From positions 1 to 51,690 of the forward strand of contig JAXMNT010000056.1 in the NCBI GenBank assembly GCA_034670305.1: DNA of 51,690 nt. Direction: 5' to 3'. This stretch comes from Deltaproteobacteria bacterium. Lineage in GTDB: Bacteria > Myxococcota_A > Polyangia > Polyangiales > Houyiibacteriaceae. Shown one piece after another: positions 9,280 through 18,872 of this stretch (its first letter is position 1; the number at the start of each line of letters is the position of its first letter). Under the pieces are notes generated by a model. It saw only the letters and a list, made by a program, of their open reading frames with translations, was not told the origin of the DNA and made no database searches. Both the position numbers and the translations under genes were made by a program.

Positions 9280-9436
9280 GCCGAAGCCGAAGCCGAAGCC
9301 GAAGCCGAAGCCGAAGCCGAAGCCGAAGCCGAAGCCGAAGCCGATGCCGAAGCCGAAGCCGAAGCCGAAGCCGATGCCGACGGCGCCGTGTTCCTGGAGG
9401 CACGGGCACGGGCACGGGCACGGGCACGGGCAAGGG
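9280..9436. repeat. Hexamer tract B: (GCCGAA)n - (CACGGG)n
   Basis: Visible tandem hexamers; 9399-9436 is the exact reverse complement of 7578-7615. Confidence 0.95.
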
Positions 9437-9494
9437 AACCCGGGCGCATTCGCGCCCGGGTTGCGGGGGACCGCGAGCTGGGGTCCCATGGGGC

Positions 9495-10451
9495 ATGCAA
9501 CGCGTTTGGGTGGGGTTCGTGTGTGTGCTCGGGTGTTCGGATCCGGTCGTGGTGGAGGATGCGTCGGTCGATGCGTTCGCGGAGGACGCTGGGAGCGATG
9601 CGAACCTGCCGGACGCGGGGCCGGCGTTTGGCCAGGTGCGGCGGGTCGCGACGTTGGACACGACCACCGAGGGCATCGCGGTGGGTGCGTTCGAGGGCGA
9701 GCCAGCCGTCTTCGCCGCGATGACCAGCGGCGACATCGTGGCCGTCACGGCAGACGGAACCGTGACGCCGATCCTCACGGTGCCTGGCGCCTTGGGATTG
9801 GCGTTTCGCACGGATGGGAGCTTCGTGCTCTGTGGGCGCGCGGACGACTCCGAAGATGCGCCGGGGGTGATCTACGAAGTTCGGGAGGGCGTCGCGACGG
9901 TGATCATCGAACGCACGCCGGACGATGCGGCGTTCGGGGTGACCAACTACATCGGTGTCGCACCCGACGACTCGCTGGTCTTCACCGACTCACCGGCCGA
10001 TGTCGTGTACCGAGCCGACTCGGATGGATCGAATGTGGCCGTGGTGACCGACACGATCACCTACCCGAACGGGCTCGCGTTCAGTGCCGATGGGTCACGC
10101 CTCTACGTGGCCGGGTGGGAGGGTTCCACGATCCATGCGGCCGACTTCGACCGAGAGACTGGAACCTACTCCGACTTCACGCTTTTCCTGGAGGACGTGG
10201 CGGCGCCCGACGGCATCGTGGTGGCGGACGACGAGACGCTTTACTTCGTCACGAGCAGCAGCGGTGTGGTGCGTTCGACAGGCAGCGGCATCGAACCGGT
10301 GATCCCCGCTCGGGCGGTGCTCATCCCGGCCAACGGGGTCTTTGGCCAAGGCGGGCTCGGCACCGAGTGGATCTACCTCTCGGCGCTTGGCACCTCCACG
10401 CTGCACCGCGTCTACGTCGGGCAGTCGGGTCCATCGCTGCCCATCCGATAG
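9495..10451 (+). CDS. SMP-30/gluconolactonase/LRE-family beta-propeller lipoprotein
   Basis: Lipobox 'VLGC'; 'TEGI', 'YPNGLAFSADGSRLYVA' and 'PDGIVV' motifs. Confidence 0.85.
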   Translation: MQRVWVGFVCVLGCSDPVVVEDASVDAFAEDAGSDANLPDAGPAFGQVRRVATLDTTTEGIAVGAFEGEPAVFAAMTSGDIVAVTADGTVTPILTVPGALGLAFRTDGSFVLCGRADDSEDAPGVIYEVREGVATVIIERTPDDAAFGVTNYIGVAPDDSLVFTDSPADVVYRADSDGSNVAVVTDTITYPNGLAFSADGSRLYVAGWEGSTIHAADFDRETGTYSDFTLFLEDVAAPDGIVVADDETLYFVTSSSGVVRSTGSGIEPVIPARAVLIPANGVFGQGGLGTEWIYLSALGTSTLHRVYVGQSGPSLPIR

Positions 10452-10584
10452 TCTGGAGCGGGACTTCGGGGCACGCGAGGCATGGTGCCCCGTGTTCCCA
10501 GGCCAATTCGTGTCCGATTCATGGTTGGTGCCTGGGTGGTTTGGGGTTGGGCGCGGGTTGGCAGGCGCGGTATCATGGGCCGAC

Positions 10585-11448
10585 GTGGCGCGTTTCCGGC
10601 TCAAGTTCCTGCTTCAAGAGTTCGACCTGCGCGGGCCGGAGGTCGTGATTGGGCGCAGCCCCCAGTGTCAGGTCACGCTCGAAGACCCGCTGGTCTCTCG
10701 CGAACACGCCAAGATCGTCGTGGAGGAAGAGCGCGCGGTCATTCACGATCTGGGGAGCCGCAACGGTGTGACGGTGAACGGAGAGCAGGTGCGTGGATCA
10801 CGCACGCTGATCGACGCCGACCGCATCCGTCTCGGTACGCAGGAGCTCGTCTTCTACATCGGCCGACGGGGCCGCGAAGCCCGGACCACCGGGTTCCTGA
10901 CGACGTGCACGGCGTGTGGCACCCCGTTCCCGGATCAGGCGCCTGTGTGTCCCCACTGCGGTGCGCCGCCCCGAGACGAAGACACGATGTCCGGTCTGCT
11001 GATCCCGGCCGGCCGGCGAAGCTGGACCTTTCAGCTCTTGGGCGAAGTCATCGAACGGGCGCTCGCCACCAACCGCGGCAGCGACGCCGAGCGCATCATG
11101 CGCCGCGCGGCCAAAGAGGTGGACGATCAGCTCGCGGCCGGGGACTCGCTCGGTCGACCCGAGGTGCGCACCATCACCGGGTACGCGTTGCGTCTCGCAC
11201 AGATGTTGTCGCGCGTCGAATGGGTGCATTGGGCGCTGAACGTGCACCGGCACCACGTGATGTTCCCAAGCGACGAACTGTTGGAACGACTCGAAGCACT
11301 CGACGCGGAGTCGCTGCCGGACATCGTCGAGGTGCTCGCGGACTTTGCGAAGTGGGCGGCGTCGGAACGCGAATCGCTGCGGCCTCCGCCGTTGCCCGAG
11401 TCGGTGGATCGACTCGAACGCATCTCCCGGCCCTCCGACGTCAACTAG
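10585..11448 (+). CDS. FHA-domain protein with zinc ribbon
   Basis: GTG start; FHA motifs 'IGRS...LVSREHA...DLGSRNG'; CxxC-x10-CxxC ribbon; paralog of 18000-18872. Confidence 0.85.
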   Translation: MARFRLKFLLQEFDLRGPEVVIGRSPQCQVTLEDPLVSREHAKIVVEEERAVIHDLGSRNGVTVNGEQVRGSRTLIDADRIRLGTQELVFYIGRRGREARTTGFLTTCTACGTPFPDQAPVCPHCGAPPRDEDTMSGLLIPAGRRSWTFQLLGEVIERALATNRGSDAERIMRRAAKEVDDQLAAGDSLGRPEVRTITGYALRLAQMLSRVEWVHWALNVHRHHVMFPSDELLERLEALDAESLPDIVEVLADFAKWAASERESLRPPPLPESVDRLERISRPSDVN

Positions 11449-11652
11449 CAGGTCGCTGAAAAGCGACCTGCTCCCTTGCCGTTGCCCTTGCCCGTGCCCT
11501 TGCCCGCGTCGTGGACGCCGTGTATTTCGCTTTGGCGAGGCCGCGAATCGGTCGGTGCTACGCGGCGCAGCTCCGCAGCCGCGCGACGCGTAGGCAGGGG
11601 CAAGGGGCAGGCTGCGAGAACGCCCTGCGGGCGTTCTTCAGCAGCCCGCTAG
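11445..11652 (+). mobile_element. Complete 208-bp gene-less CTAG-bounded element (MITE-like)
   Basis: CTAG at both ends; imperfect terminal inverted repeats CTAGCAGGTCGCTGAA / TTCAGCAGCCCGCTAG; 11-bp stem with GAAA loop at the left end. The left 150 bp match 39685-39831 and the right ~60 bp match both window ends. Confidence 0.8.
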
Positions 11653-11739
11653 ACCGCACCCACCAAGCGGACCGAGCCCGTCGCGCTCAGGTTCCGCCCT
11701 TTCCATTGGCTGCGTGGCCGGCGAAGATGGCCCGCGTCG

Positions 11740-13563
11740 ATGAACGGCACGTTGGACATTGAGGGCACCGTTCGGCACGTGTACGAGACGGCCGAGCCGA
11801 AGAGCTTGCGCGTGCCGTCCGGACATACGATTCGCCCACCTCTGCCCTCCGCCGCGAGCTTGCAGGATCCCGACGTGCGGACACTCTTGCGTGGCGCTCT
11901 GATCGGCGCCGGCGCGATGGGGCTCGTACACGAAGCCAAACAAACCACCCTCGATCGAGACGTGGCGATCAAGTCGCTGCAGGAGCCCACCGGGCGCGCG
12001 GCGGCGGCTCTGGTGCAGGAGGCGCTGGTCACTGCGCGCCTGGAGCATCCGAACGTGGTGCCCATCCACGACCTCGTGTTCGAGCAGGGACAGCCGCAGT
12101 TGGTCATGCGGCGCATCGAGGGGGTGCAGTGGGCGGAGGTGATGTCCGACCCCGAGCGCGCCCGGGCGGAGTTCGGGGTGGTCGACTTGCTGGAGTGGAA
12201 CCTTCGGGTGTTGCTCCAGGTCTGCAACGCAATGCGGCTCGCCCACGCCCGCCAGGTGGTGCATCGGGATCTGAAACCCGAGAACGTCATGCTGGGCGCG
12301 TTCGGCGAGGTGTACGTGCTCGACTGGGGCGTCGCGATCGTGACCGATCCAGCCGCCTCGCCACTCCTGCCAAGACAACGTTCGGGGGAGGGTCCGGTCG
12401 GTACGCCGCAGTACATGGCGCCAGAACTTCTGGGCGACCGGCCGCACGATGGACGCACCGATGTGTTCTCGCTCGGTGCCCTCCTGTTCCGCATCGCGAC
12501 CGGCCGGCCGCCGTACGTCGGCGACACGTTCTCGGATCTCCTCGTGGCCATCGCGTCGGGCGAGCCCGAGGTTCCGGCTTCCGTGCCGGACAGCCTCGCG
12601 GAGATCATTCGTCGGGCGACCCGGCGCGCGCCCGACGATCGGCATGGGTCCATCGACGACTTCGGTGGGGCACTCGACCGATGTTTGGCGGAACGCGGCG
12701 CCGAGCGCCTGGTGCGCGAAGCGGACGCCCGCGTGACGAAGCTGGAGGTCCCGGATGTTGAGGAGACGGACCGCGCCCAGCTCTACAGCGAAGCGCGGTT
12801 CGGGTACGAGCAGGCCTTGCGTGAGGTGCCGGGGTTCGGACCCGCGCGAGCCGGGCTGGCCCGTGCGACCAAGCGCATGGTCGAACTCGAACTGACGGCC
12901 GGCAATCTGGCGGCGGCGGAGCTCTTCCTGCGCCAGATGGAATCGCCTCCCGCGGATGTGGTCGCTCGCATCGAAGCGCTCCGAACGAGCGCTCGAGCGG
13001 AACGGGAGGGGCTCGAAGCGGTGGCGCTCGACCAGAGTTTTCAACCCGGGAGACGGCGGCGTCGCGCGTTGGCGCTGCCAGTGGTCGGGCTGGGGATGGG
13101 GCTCACGGCATTCGGTGCGTTCGCGGGGGAACCGACCTACGGCTGGCTCTTCGGGCTCCAGGGGACGGCGTTCCTCGGGACCGTGCTGGCGGCCGTGCTC
13201 GTGGCGCGGGGCATGCCGAAGACACGGCGCAATCAGAGCGCCATCGCCTACGCACTCGCGATGACCGGCCTGCCGCTCCTCTTCGATCTGGGCTTCTGGA
13301 TCTCTCACCAGGCGGCGGAGACCACCGCGCTGACCCACACCGCGGTCTGGACCTGTGCGACCGTTCTGATGGGCGGGGTGGGGGACCGCCGCTTTCTCTG
13401 GGTCGCCGTCTGGTTTGCGCTCGGGTTTCTGGCCGCGTGTGTGTGGCCGCCCAGGGTGCTGCTCGTGACCGCGGTCGCCGTGATGTTGGCCGGGACCCAC
13501 ATCGCGGTGATCGTCGCGAAACGTCAGAAGCAGCTTGAAGCGGACGACCGGTTCGTCGGGTGA
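11740..13563 (+). CDS. Serine/threonine protein kinase with a C-terminal multi-pass membrane region
   Basis: GAGAMG loop, VAIK, HRDLKPEN, DWG, GTPQYMAPE; about six hydrophobic helices at the C-terminus. Confidence 0.92.
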   Translation: MNGTLDIEGTVRHVYETAEPKSLRVPSGHTIRPPLPSAASLQDPDVRTLLRGALIGAGAMGLVHEAKQTTLDRDVAIKSLQEPTGRAAAALVQEALVTARLEHPNVVPIHDLVFEQGQPQLVMRRIEGVQWAEVMSDPERARAEFGVVDLLEWNLRVLLQVCNAMRLAHARQVVHRDLKPENVMLGAFGEVYVLDWGVAIVTDPAASPLLPRQRSGEGPVGTPQYMAPELLGDRPHDGRTDVFSLGALLFRIATGRPPYVGDTFSDLLVAIASGEPEVPASVPDSLAEIIRRATRRAPDDRHGSIDDFGGALDRCLAERGAERLVREADARVTKLEVPDVEETDRAQLYSEARFGYEQALREVPGFGPARAGLARATKRMVELELTAGNLAAAELFLRQMESPPADVVARIEALRTSARAEREGLEAVALDQSFQPGRRRRRALALPVVGLGMGLTAFGAFAGEPTYGWLFGLQGTAFLGTVLAAVLVARGMPKTRRNQSAIAYALAMTGLPLLFDLGFWISHQAAETTALTHTAVWTCATVLMGGVGDRRFLWVAVWFALGFLAACVWPPRVLLVTAVAVMLAGTHIAVIVAKRQKQLEADDRFVG

Positions 13564-13569
13564 GCGCGC

Positions 13570-15333
13570 CTACGGCTTCTTGATGCCGTGGGACTTGAGT
13601 TTGTGGACAAGGGTTCGAAGCGGCATGCCGAGAAGTTTCGCCGCGTGGGTCTGGTTCCACTCCGAACGATGGAGCGCGTCGGTGAGAACGCGCGCTTCGT
13701 GCGACTTCATCTCGGTCTTGAAGTCGCGCGCCGCGACGGCGTCCGAGACCTGTTTGGCGGCGCGGGGCGCGACGATCCTCGGCGGCAGATCGTCGATCCC
13801 GACGACCTCCTCCCGGGAGACCACGACCGCGCGTTCGATGACGTTGCGCAGTTCCCGCACGTTGCCAGGCCACGCGTAGCTGCGCAGGGCGCGAAGCGCG
13901 GCGTCGTCGAAGCGGTTGGCCGTGCGTCCGTTGTCCTTCGCGGCCTGAACCAGGAAGCGCCCCAGCAGGGCGTCGAGATCGGCCCGGCGTTCTCGGAGCG
14001 GTGGGATGGAAAGCACGAACGCGTTGAGTCGAAAGTACAGATCCTCACGGAACGCACCGTCGGCGACCATCGATTCGAGGTCGCGGTGGGTCGCGGCCAC
14101 GATGCGTACGTCCACGTCGACTTCCCGGGTGCCGCCGACCCGCGTGACGCAGCCGTTCTCGAGCACGCGCAGCAGCGCGACCTGCGCGGGAGCTGGCAAC
14201 TCACCGACTTCGTCCAGCAGGACCGTACCGCCGCTTGCGTCCTCGAAGATCCCGGCGGTCCGACCGCCGGCGCCCGTGAACGCACCCTTCTCGTGGCCGA
14301 ACAAGGTGCTCTCCACCAAGTTGGCGGGGATCGCGCCGCAGTTGACGCATCGGAAGGCATCCCGCGGGCGGGTGCTTCTCCGATGGAGCGCGTGCGCGAC
14401 GACCTCTTTGCCGACGCCGGTCTCTCCCAGAATGAGCACCGGGATCTGCGCGGTCGCCACGCGTTCCACGAGCTCGAGGACAGCCTTCATGCCGTCGCTC
14501 TCGGCGACCATCTCGACGCCGCTCGGCGGGCTTCGTTCTCCCGGCGCGATGCGGACGGGCGCGCGTTCGCTGGTGGCTCGGAGCGCTTCGCCCGCGGTCG
14601 AGATCAGCTCACCGGCGGTGGTTGCGCAGAGCGGAAAGACCGACACGCCGACCTGGACGTTGGCAGAGGCGGCGCATGCTTGGGCGATGCCCTGGGCGGC
14701 ATGTGCGTCGGCTTCGGGGAGCAAGATCTCGAGCGTGTCGTTGGCGTACAGCGCCACGCGGTCGACGGGCCGCAAGAGCCCCCGGACGGAGGGGAACCAG
14801 TCGGCCACGCGCCTGCCGCTGGTGCGGGCGACGAGCACCGCGACGCTTCGTTCGAAGGTGCGCGCCCGCACGACCTCGTCGCCGACCAGCGCGCCGAACG
14901 CATCGTGGCTGACGAACCCGGCCCGCTCGGCGTCGAACGGTGCGAGCACATGCAGCGACGCGACCACCGCGCCGAGTTCGATGCGATCTCCGGCGCGCAC
15001 GACCTGCTCTTGCACCATCTCGCCGTTGACGCGGATCCCGTTCGTGGACCCGAGGTCGCGCACGTGGACTTCTTCCCCGTCGTGGGTGAAGCGGGCGTGC
15101 TCGCGGCTGAGGCTCGGGTCGCCCACGACCAGCTCGGATTCGCCGCCGCGGCCGAGCGACACACTGGTGCCGGCGAGCAGCGTCACCACCTCCACGCCCC
15201 GGTGGTGGTAGAGCAGAAGCGAAACGCTCTGACCCCGCGGGGGAACATCGTCGGCACGAAGACGATGGGTGTGTGCTGGGTCGACCCCCACGATGTCGAG
15301 ATGGTGCCCCAGCGGCCGTGGATCGCCAATCAC
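13570..15333 (-). CDS. Sigma-54-dependent enhancer-binding protein: FHA + degenerate GGDEF-like + AAA+ + Fis-type HTH
   Basis: FHA 'LSREHA...DLGSTNG', Walker A GETGVGKE, GAFTGA, 'WPGNVRELRN', C-terminal HTH. GTG start just after the upstream stop is inferred. Confidence 0.92.
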   Translation of the reverse strand: MIGDPRPLGHHLDIVGVDPAHTHRLRADDVPPRGQSVSLLLYHHRGVEVVTLLAGTSVSLGRGGESELVVGDPSLSREHARFTHDGEEVHVRDLGSTNGIRVNGEMVQEQVVRAGDRIELGAVVASLHVLAPFDAERAGFVSHDAFGALVGDEVVRARTFERSVAVLVARTSGRRVADWFPSVRGLLRPVDRVALYANDTLEILLPEADAHAAQGIAQACAASANVQVGVSVFPLCATTAGELISTAGEALRATSERAPVRIAPGERSPPSGVEMVAESDGMKAVLELVERVATAQIPVLILGETGVGKEVVAHALHRRSTRPRDAFRCVNCGAIPANLVESTLFGHEKGAFTGAGGRTAGIFEDASGGTVLLDEVGELPAPAQVALLRVLENGCVTRVGGTREVDVDVRIVAATHRDLESMVADGAFREDLYFRLNAFVLSIPPLRERRADLDALLGRFLVQAAKDNGRTANRFDDAALRALRSYAWPGNVRELRNVIERAVVVSREEVVGIDDLPPRIVAPRAAKQVSDAVAARDFKTEMKSHEARVLTDALHRSEWNQTHAAKLLGMPLRTLVHKLKSHGIKKP

Positions 15334-15334
15334 A

Positions 15335-16078
15335 TCAGAAGCGGCCGCGAATCGCCGCACCCCCGGCGCCCACGAGCACCTCCACAGGGCGGCGCCGGTG
15401 TTCGATCAAGAACGCGACGACGGCGGTCGCGCCCAGCACCCCTGCGACGATGGAGAGTGCGCGGGTGGCTTGGACTCGGCGTGCGATCGGGTCGACGACA
15501 TCGTCCGAGCAGGTGGGCGCGCAGGTCTGCGCCGCGTCGTCGCGGCTTCGGCTCGCCCTCGCCCAGAGCCCACCGCCGGTGGCGCCCGCGGCCAGTGCCG
15601 TGCCCGCCAGCACCCAGCTCCATCGATGTCGTGGTCTGGTCTCCACCCGGTCCTCGGGCGATGGATCGACCAGGACCTCAGGCTCCAGCGCGTCGTTCTC
15701 GGCGGCGCTGTGCTCCGCGATCGCGGCGCGCAGTCCCGCGATCCGACCTTCGACCTGCCGCCGGTGCGGTGTGTCGGGGGTCGCTTCCAGGTACCCGACG
15801 AACGCGTCGAGCGCGCGCTCGTCGCGTCGCAATCGGTCCGCAGCGAGTCCGACGTTGTAGAGCAACTCGGCGCGTCCACTCCGGGTGTGGGCACGCTCGA
15901 AGAAGGTGAGTGCGTCGTCGAATCGGCCGTCGTCGAACGCCAGTTGTCCGGCCCGAAAGAGACTGCGGGCCTCCTCCTCGGAGGTGGCCTGGTCTGCTTC
16001 GGCGGGTGTTTGGGCATGGCCCGTGACGGTGAGGAGGCTCCAACACGCGAGGGCACAGACTGGGCTGAGAAGTCGCAT
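15335..16078 (-). CDS. Secreted TPR protein with C-terminal hydrophobic helices and a terminal 'GRF'
   Basis: Signal peptide; TPR 'ARSLFRAGQLAFDDGRFDDAL...LLYNVGLA'; ends 'GAAIRGRF'. Confidence 0.8.
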   Translation of the reverse strand: MRLLSPVCALACWSLLTVTGHAQTPAEADQATSEEEARSLFRAGQLAFDDGRFDDALTFFERAHTRSGRAELLYNVGLAADRLRRDERALDAFVGYLEATPDTPHRRQVEGRIAGLRAAIAEHSAAENDALEPEVLVDPSPEDRVETRPRHRWSWVLAGTALAAGATGGGLWARASRSRDDAAQTCAPTCSDDVVDPIARRVQATRALSIVAGVLGATAVVAFLIEHRRRPVEVLVGAGGAAIRGRF

Positions 16079-16200
16079 GGAGAGGGACAGAGCAACAGGC
16101 GTGCCTGGGGACCGCTCTGGGTGGTCGAACAAGAAACCCAGGTGGTCTGCGCGACCTGGGGCACTCGAGACCCGCCGTCGCTCTCGGTTCGAGCAAGGAG

Positions 16201-16251
16201 TTGCGCAGTCCACGACAAGGTCTTGCGCGATCGTCCTGCCGGCCTTGCGCA
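16201..16251. promoter_or_regulatory. Three phased TTGCGC(A/G) boxes, candidate activator binding sites
   Basis: Copies at 16201, 16223 and 16245 (exact 22-bp period) upstream of a sigma-54-type promoter. Confidence 0.5.
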
Positions 16252-16290
16252 ATGGGCGCCGATTCTCCACTCCCGTGCGTACGCCCGCGC

Positions 16291-16305
16291 TGGCACGCGA
16301 GTTGA
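16291..16305 (+). promoter_or_regulatory. Candidate sigma-54 (-24/-12) promoter
   Basis: TGGCAC-GCGAG-TTGA matches TGGCAC-N5-TTGC with one mismatch; directly upstream of 16318 and close to a GAFTGA activator gene. Confidence 0.6.
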
Positions 16306-16317
16306 AAAGGGGAGGGC

Positions 16318-18003
16318 ATGCGTTTGCTCTGCTGTCTTGTCGTCGTGTCGGGCTGCGGCCTCAATCTTGGAGAACTTCAGTCCGGGGACGCGGGACCCGC
16401 GACCGACGCGTTGTTCTCCGATGCGCTGCCTCCGGAGGACGCGGGTGACTCGGGTGGGGAGGATGCCGGCTCGAGGGACGCGGCCCCCCAAGACGGTGGA
16501 CGCGACACGGGTCCCGATGCTGGCTCCGCCGACGCCGGACCGGACGACGACGCCTGCGCGTCCGCCGAGGAGGTCTGCAACGGGATCGACGACGACTGCG
16601 ACGGCGAGGTCGACCGTCCAGGCCCGGCGCTGTGCACCGACGGACGCGTGTGCCGGCGAGGCGACTGTCTCCCGCCGGCCGGCGAGCTCCTGTGGGCGCA
16701 GACCTTCGGAGCCACCGGCGCCGCCGACGGCGAGAACACCCGCGACGTGGGCTGGGCGCTCGACCTGCGACCGGGTGGGGGCGCCACGATCGCGGGGCAG
16801 GGACAGTACGGCGCGCTCGACTTCGGGGGCGGATCGACCGGCGTGTTCAACGGGCAGTACTTCGCGGCGACGTTCGACCGAGACGGTGTGCCGGTGGCCT
16901 CGTTCAGCCGCGGCAACGGGGCGTTCCCCGCCGCCTTCGCGGTCCGGCGCAACGGCACCGAGCTCTTCCTCGGCGGCGTGGTCCAAGGGTCGTTCGAGTT
17001 CGGGGGCGGGGCGCACGCAGGCACGAGCGACGCGTTCGTCGCTCGCTACGACGACGAAGCCGGCGCGTACGGCGCCGCGGTGCGGACGAGCGCCGTGGGG
17101 ATCGAGCGCGTCTCAGGGCTCGCGCCACTCGGCGAGGGGGTGGTGGCGGTGGGCCACTGGGGCGGAGACGCGACCGTCGAGCTGCCCGGCGGCTCGATGC
17201 TCTTCGAGGTCGAAGGACAAGACGGGTACGTGATGGCGCTCGACCGCGACGGCACGGTGCAGTGGTACCTGCACGTGGGCGGCGAGGGGAGCGTGTCGCT
17301 CAAGGACGTCGTGGTCCACGGCGACAGGGTCTGGGTGGCCGGGAATGTCCTTGGAGAACTCGTCGTGGGCACCCGAACCCCGACCACCCACGCGACGACC
17401 CATGGTCTCGTGCTCGCGCTCGATCCCTCCGATGGCACCGTCGCGTTCAGCCACGTGTTCGGAGGCGACACCGGGCAGGTGGAACTCCAAGCGATCGTCG
17501 GCGTGGGCGACGACATCGCGATCGGCGGCGCGTACCTCGGCGCCGACGTGACGATCGGTGACTCGGGTGCGCCGTTGCCGAACACCTCCGGCAGCCTGGA
17601 CATCTACGTGGCCCGGCTCTCGGACGATGCGACCGAGCGCTGGGTGACCACCGCCACGGAGACCTTCGAAGACCGGGTCCGGGACCTCGCCACCAACGGC
17701 GACGACCTGGTGCTGGTGGGCGACCACGGGGGCCTTGGTCTCGGCGACTCGTGTCCGCGGGTTCGCGGCGAAGGCGGACTCGACATCTTGGTGGCCAACC
17801 TCGACGCGGCCACGGGTACCTGTCGGTGGCTTCGCGGTTATGGAGGACCCGGCAACGACAGCGGCAACGCCGTCGGGGTGGAAGGAGATCGGGTGTACGT
17901 CACCGGCGCCGTGCGCGCTGGAACGGACTTCGGTCTCGGCGGCGGTCCACTCGTGACCGCCGACTCGGACTCCGACATCTTCCTCCTCGGCTTCGCCCCC
18001 TAA
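16318..18003 (+). CDS. Surface lipoprotein with a Cys/Asp metal-binding (MopE-like) repeat and a beta-propeller
   Basis: Lipobox 'VSGC', Asp/Ala/Gly linker, 'EVCNGIDDDCDGEVD', repeated 'D.FVAR/W..' propeller blades. Confidence 0.8.
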   Translation: MRLLCCLVVVSGCGLNLGELQSGDAGPATDALFSDALPPEDAGDSGGEDAGSRDAAPQDGGRDTGPDAGSADAGPDDDACASAEEVCNGIDDDCDGEVDRPGPALCTDGRVCRRGDCLPPAGELLWAQTFGATGAADGENTRDVGWALDLRPGGGATIAGQGQYGALDFGGGSTGVFNGQYFAATFDRDGVPVASFSRGNGAFPAAFAVRRNGTELFLGGVVQGSFEFGGGAHAGTSDAFVARYDDEAGAYGAAVRTSAVGIERVSGLAPLGEGVVAVGHWGGDATVELPGGSMLFEVEGQDGYVMALDRDGTVQWYLHVGGEGSVSLKDVVVHGDRVWVAGNVLGELVVGTRTPTTHATTHGLVLALDPSDGTVAFSHVFGGDTGQVELQAIVGVGDDIAIGGAYLGADVTIGDSGAPLPNTSGSLDIYVARLSDDATERWVTTATETFEDRVRDLATNGDDLVLVGDHGGLGLGDSCPRVRGEGGLDILVANLDAATGTCRWLRGYGGPGNDSGNAVGVEGDRVYVTGAVRAGTDFGLGGGPLVTADSDSDIFLLGFAP

Positions 18004-18872
18004 GCGGCGATGACTCGTTCGAGGGCTTCGAGGCGGCGGAGGGTGAAGCGCTGGGATGCGGAGAGGTTGAGGGTGCGCATCGCCTCGAGGTAGCGGCGCA
18101 GGGGTTTGGGATCCCGGTAGCGCGAGCTGCGGGCGGCTTCGTGCAGCGCCTCCACGGAGTCGGAGTCGATGAGTCGCTTGCGCACCGAGAGCACGTCGAA
18201 GAGCCACGTCAGCCAGTGCGCGGCGTATTTGCTGTGCACGAGATGCAGCGCCAGTCCGACGCCGCGGTCGGTGATGGAGGGTTCGATGACCTCTCCTTCT
18301 TGCAGCGATTTCCGAAGCTGCTCGAGGGGCTGGTGAAGCAGCCGGTGCGCTTCGTCGTAACGTTTGAGCGCGAGTCCTTTGTCGGCGATCGGCGCGAGCA
18401 GCAGAAAGCTGGCGGCCCCGGACTTCGCAGCTTCGAAGTCCTCGCTGCCAAGCGTCTGGCCCCGCAAGGTCGCCGATTGCCCACTGCCGAGCCGCGCGCC
18501 GCATTGCGCGCACGCCAACGCACTCGGTTCATTCAGGCCGCCACACTTGAGGCAACGTTCGATCTGGAGCGTCTGCGCAGGCGACGCGGCCTGTCTCTCC
18601 ATCAGCACGAACTCGGTCCCGCCGATCTTCACCCGGTCGAGGTGGCGGAGGCGTGCCTCTTCGACCACCCGCTTGTCGTTGACGGACACCCCGTTGCGGC
18701 TGCCGAGGTCGCGCACGAAGACGTCCGTCTCGGACACCCGGAAGGCCGCGTGTTGACGGGACACCAAGCCATCGTCGAGTGCGAGGCTGCACGAAGAGCT
18801 TCGTCCGACCGTGAACTCCCCCAGGGAGAGTTCGAGGTCCGTCCCCTCGTACCGCAAACGGAACCGAGCCAC
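18000..18872 (-). CDS. FHA-domain protein with zinc ribbon
   Basis: Begins 'VARFRL' like 10585; 'VGRSSSC...LVSRQHA...DLGSRNG'; CLKC...CAQC. Confidence 0.85.
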   Translation of the reverse strand: MARFRLRYEGTDLELSLGEFTVGRSSSCSLALDDGLVSRQHAAFRVSETDVFVRDLGSRNGVSVNDKRVVEEARLRHLDRVKIGGTEFVLMERQAASPAQTLQIERCLKCGGLNEPSALACAQCGARLGSGQSATLRGQTLGSEDFEAAKSGAASFLLLAPIADKGLALKRYDEAHRLLHQPLEQLRKSLQEGEVIEPSITDRGVGLALHLVHSKYAAHWLTWLFDVLSVRKRLIDSDSVEALHEAARSSRYRDPKPLRRYLEAMRTLNLSASQRFTLRRLEALERVIAA

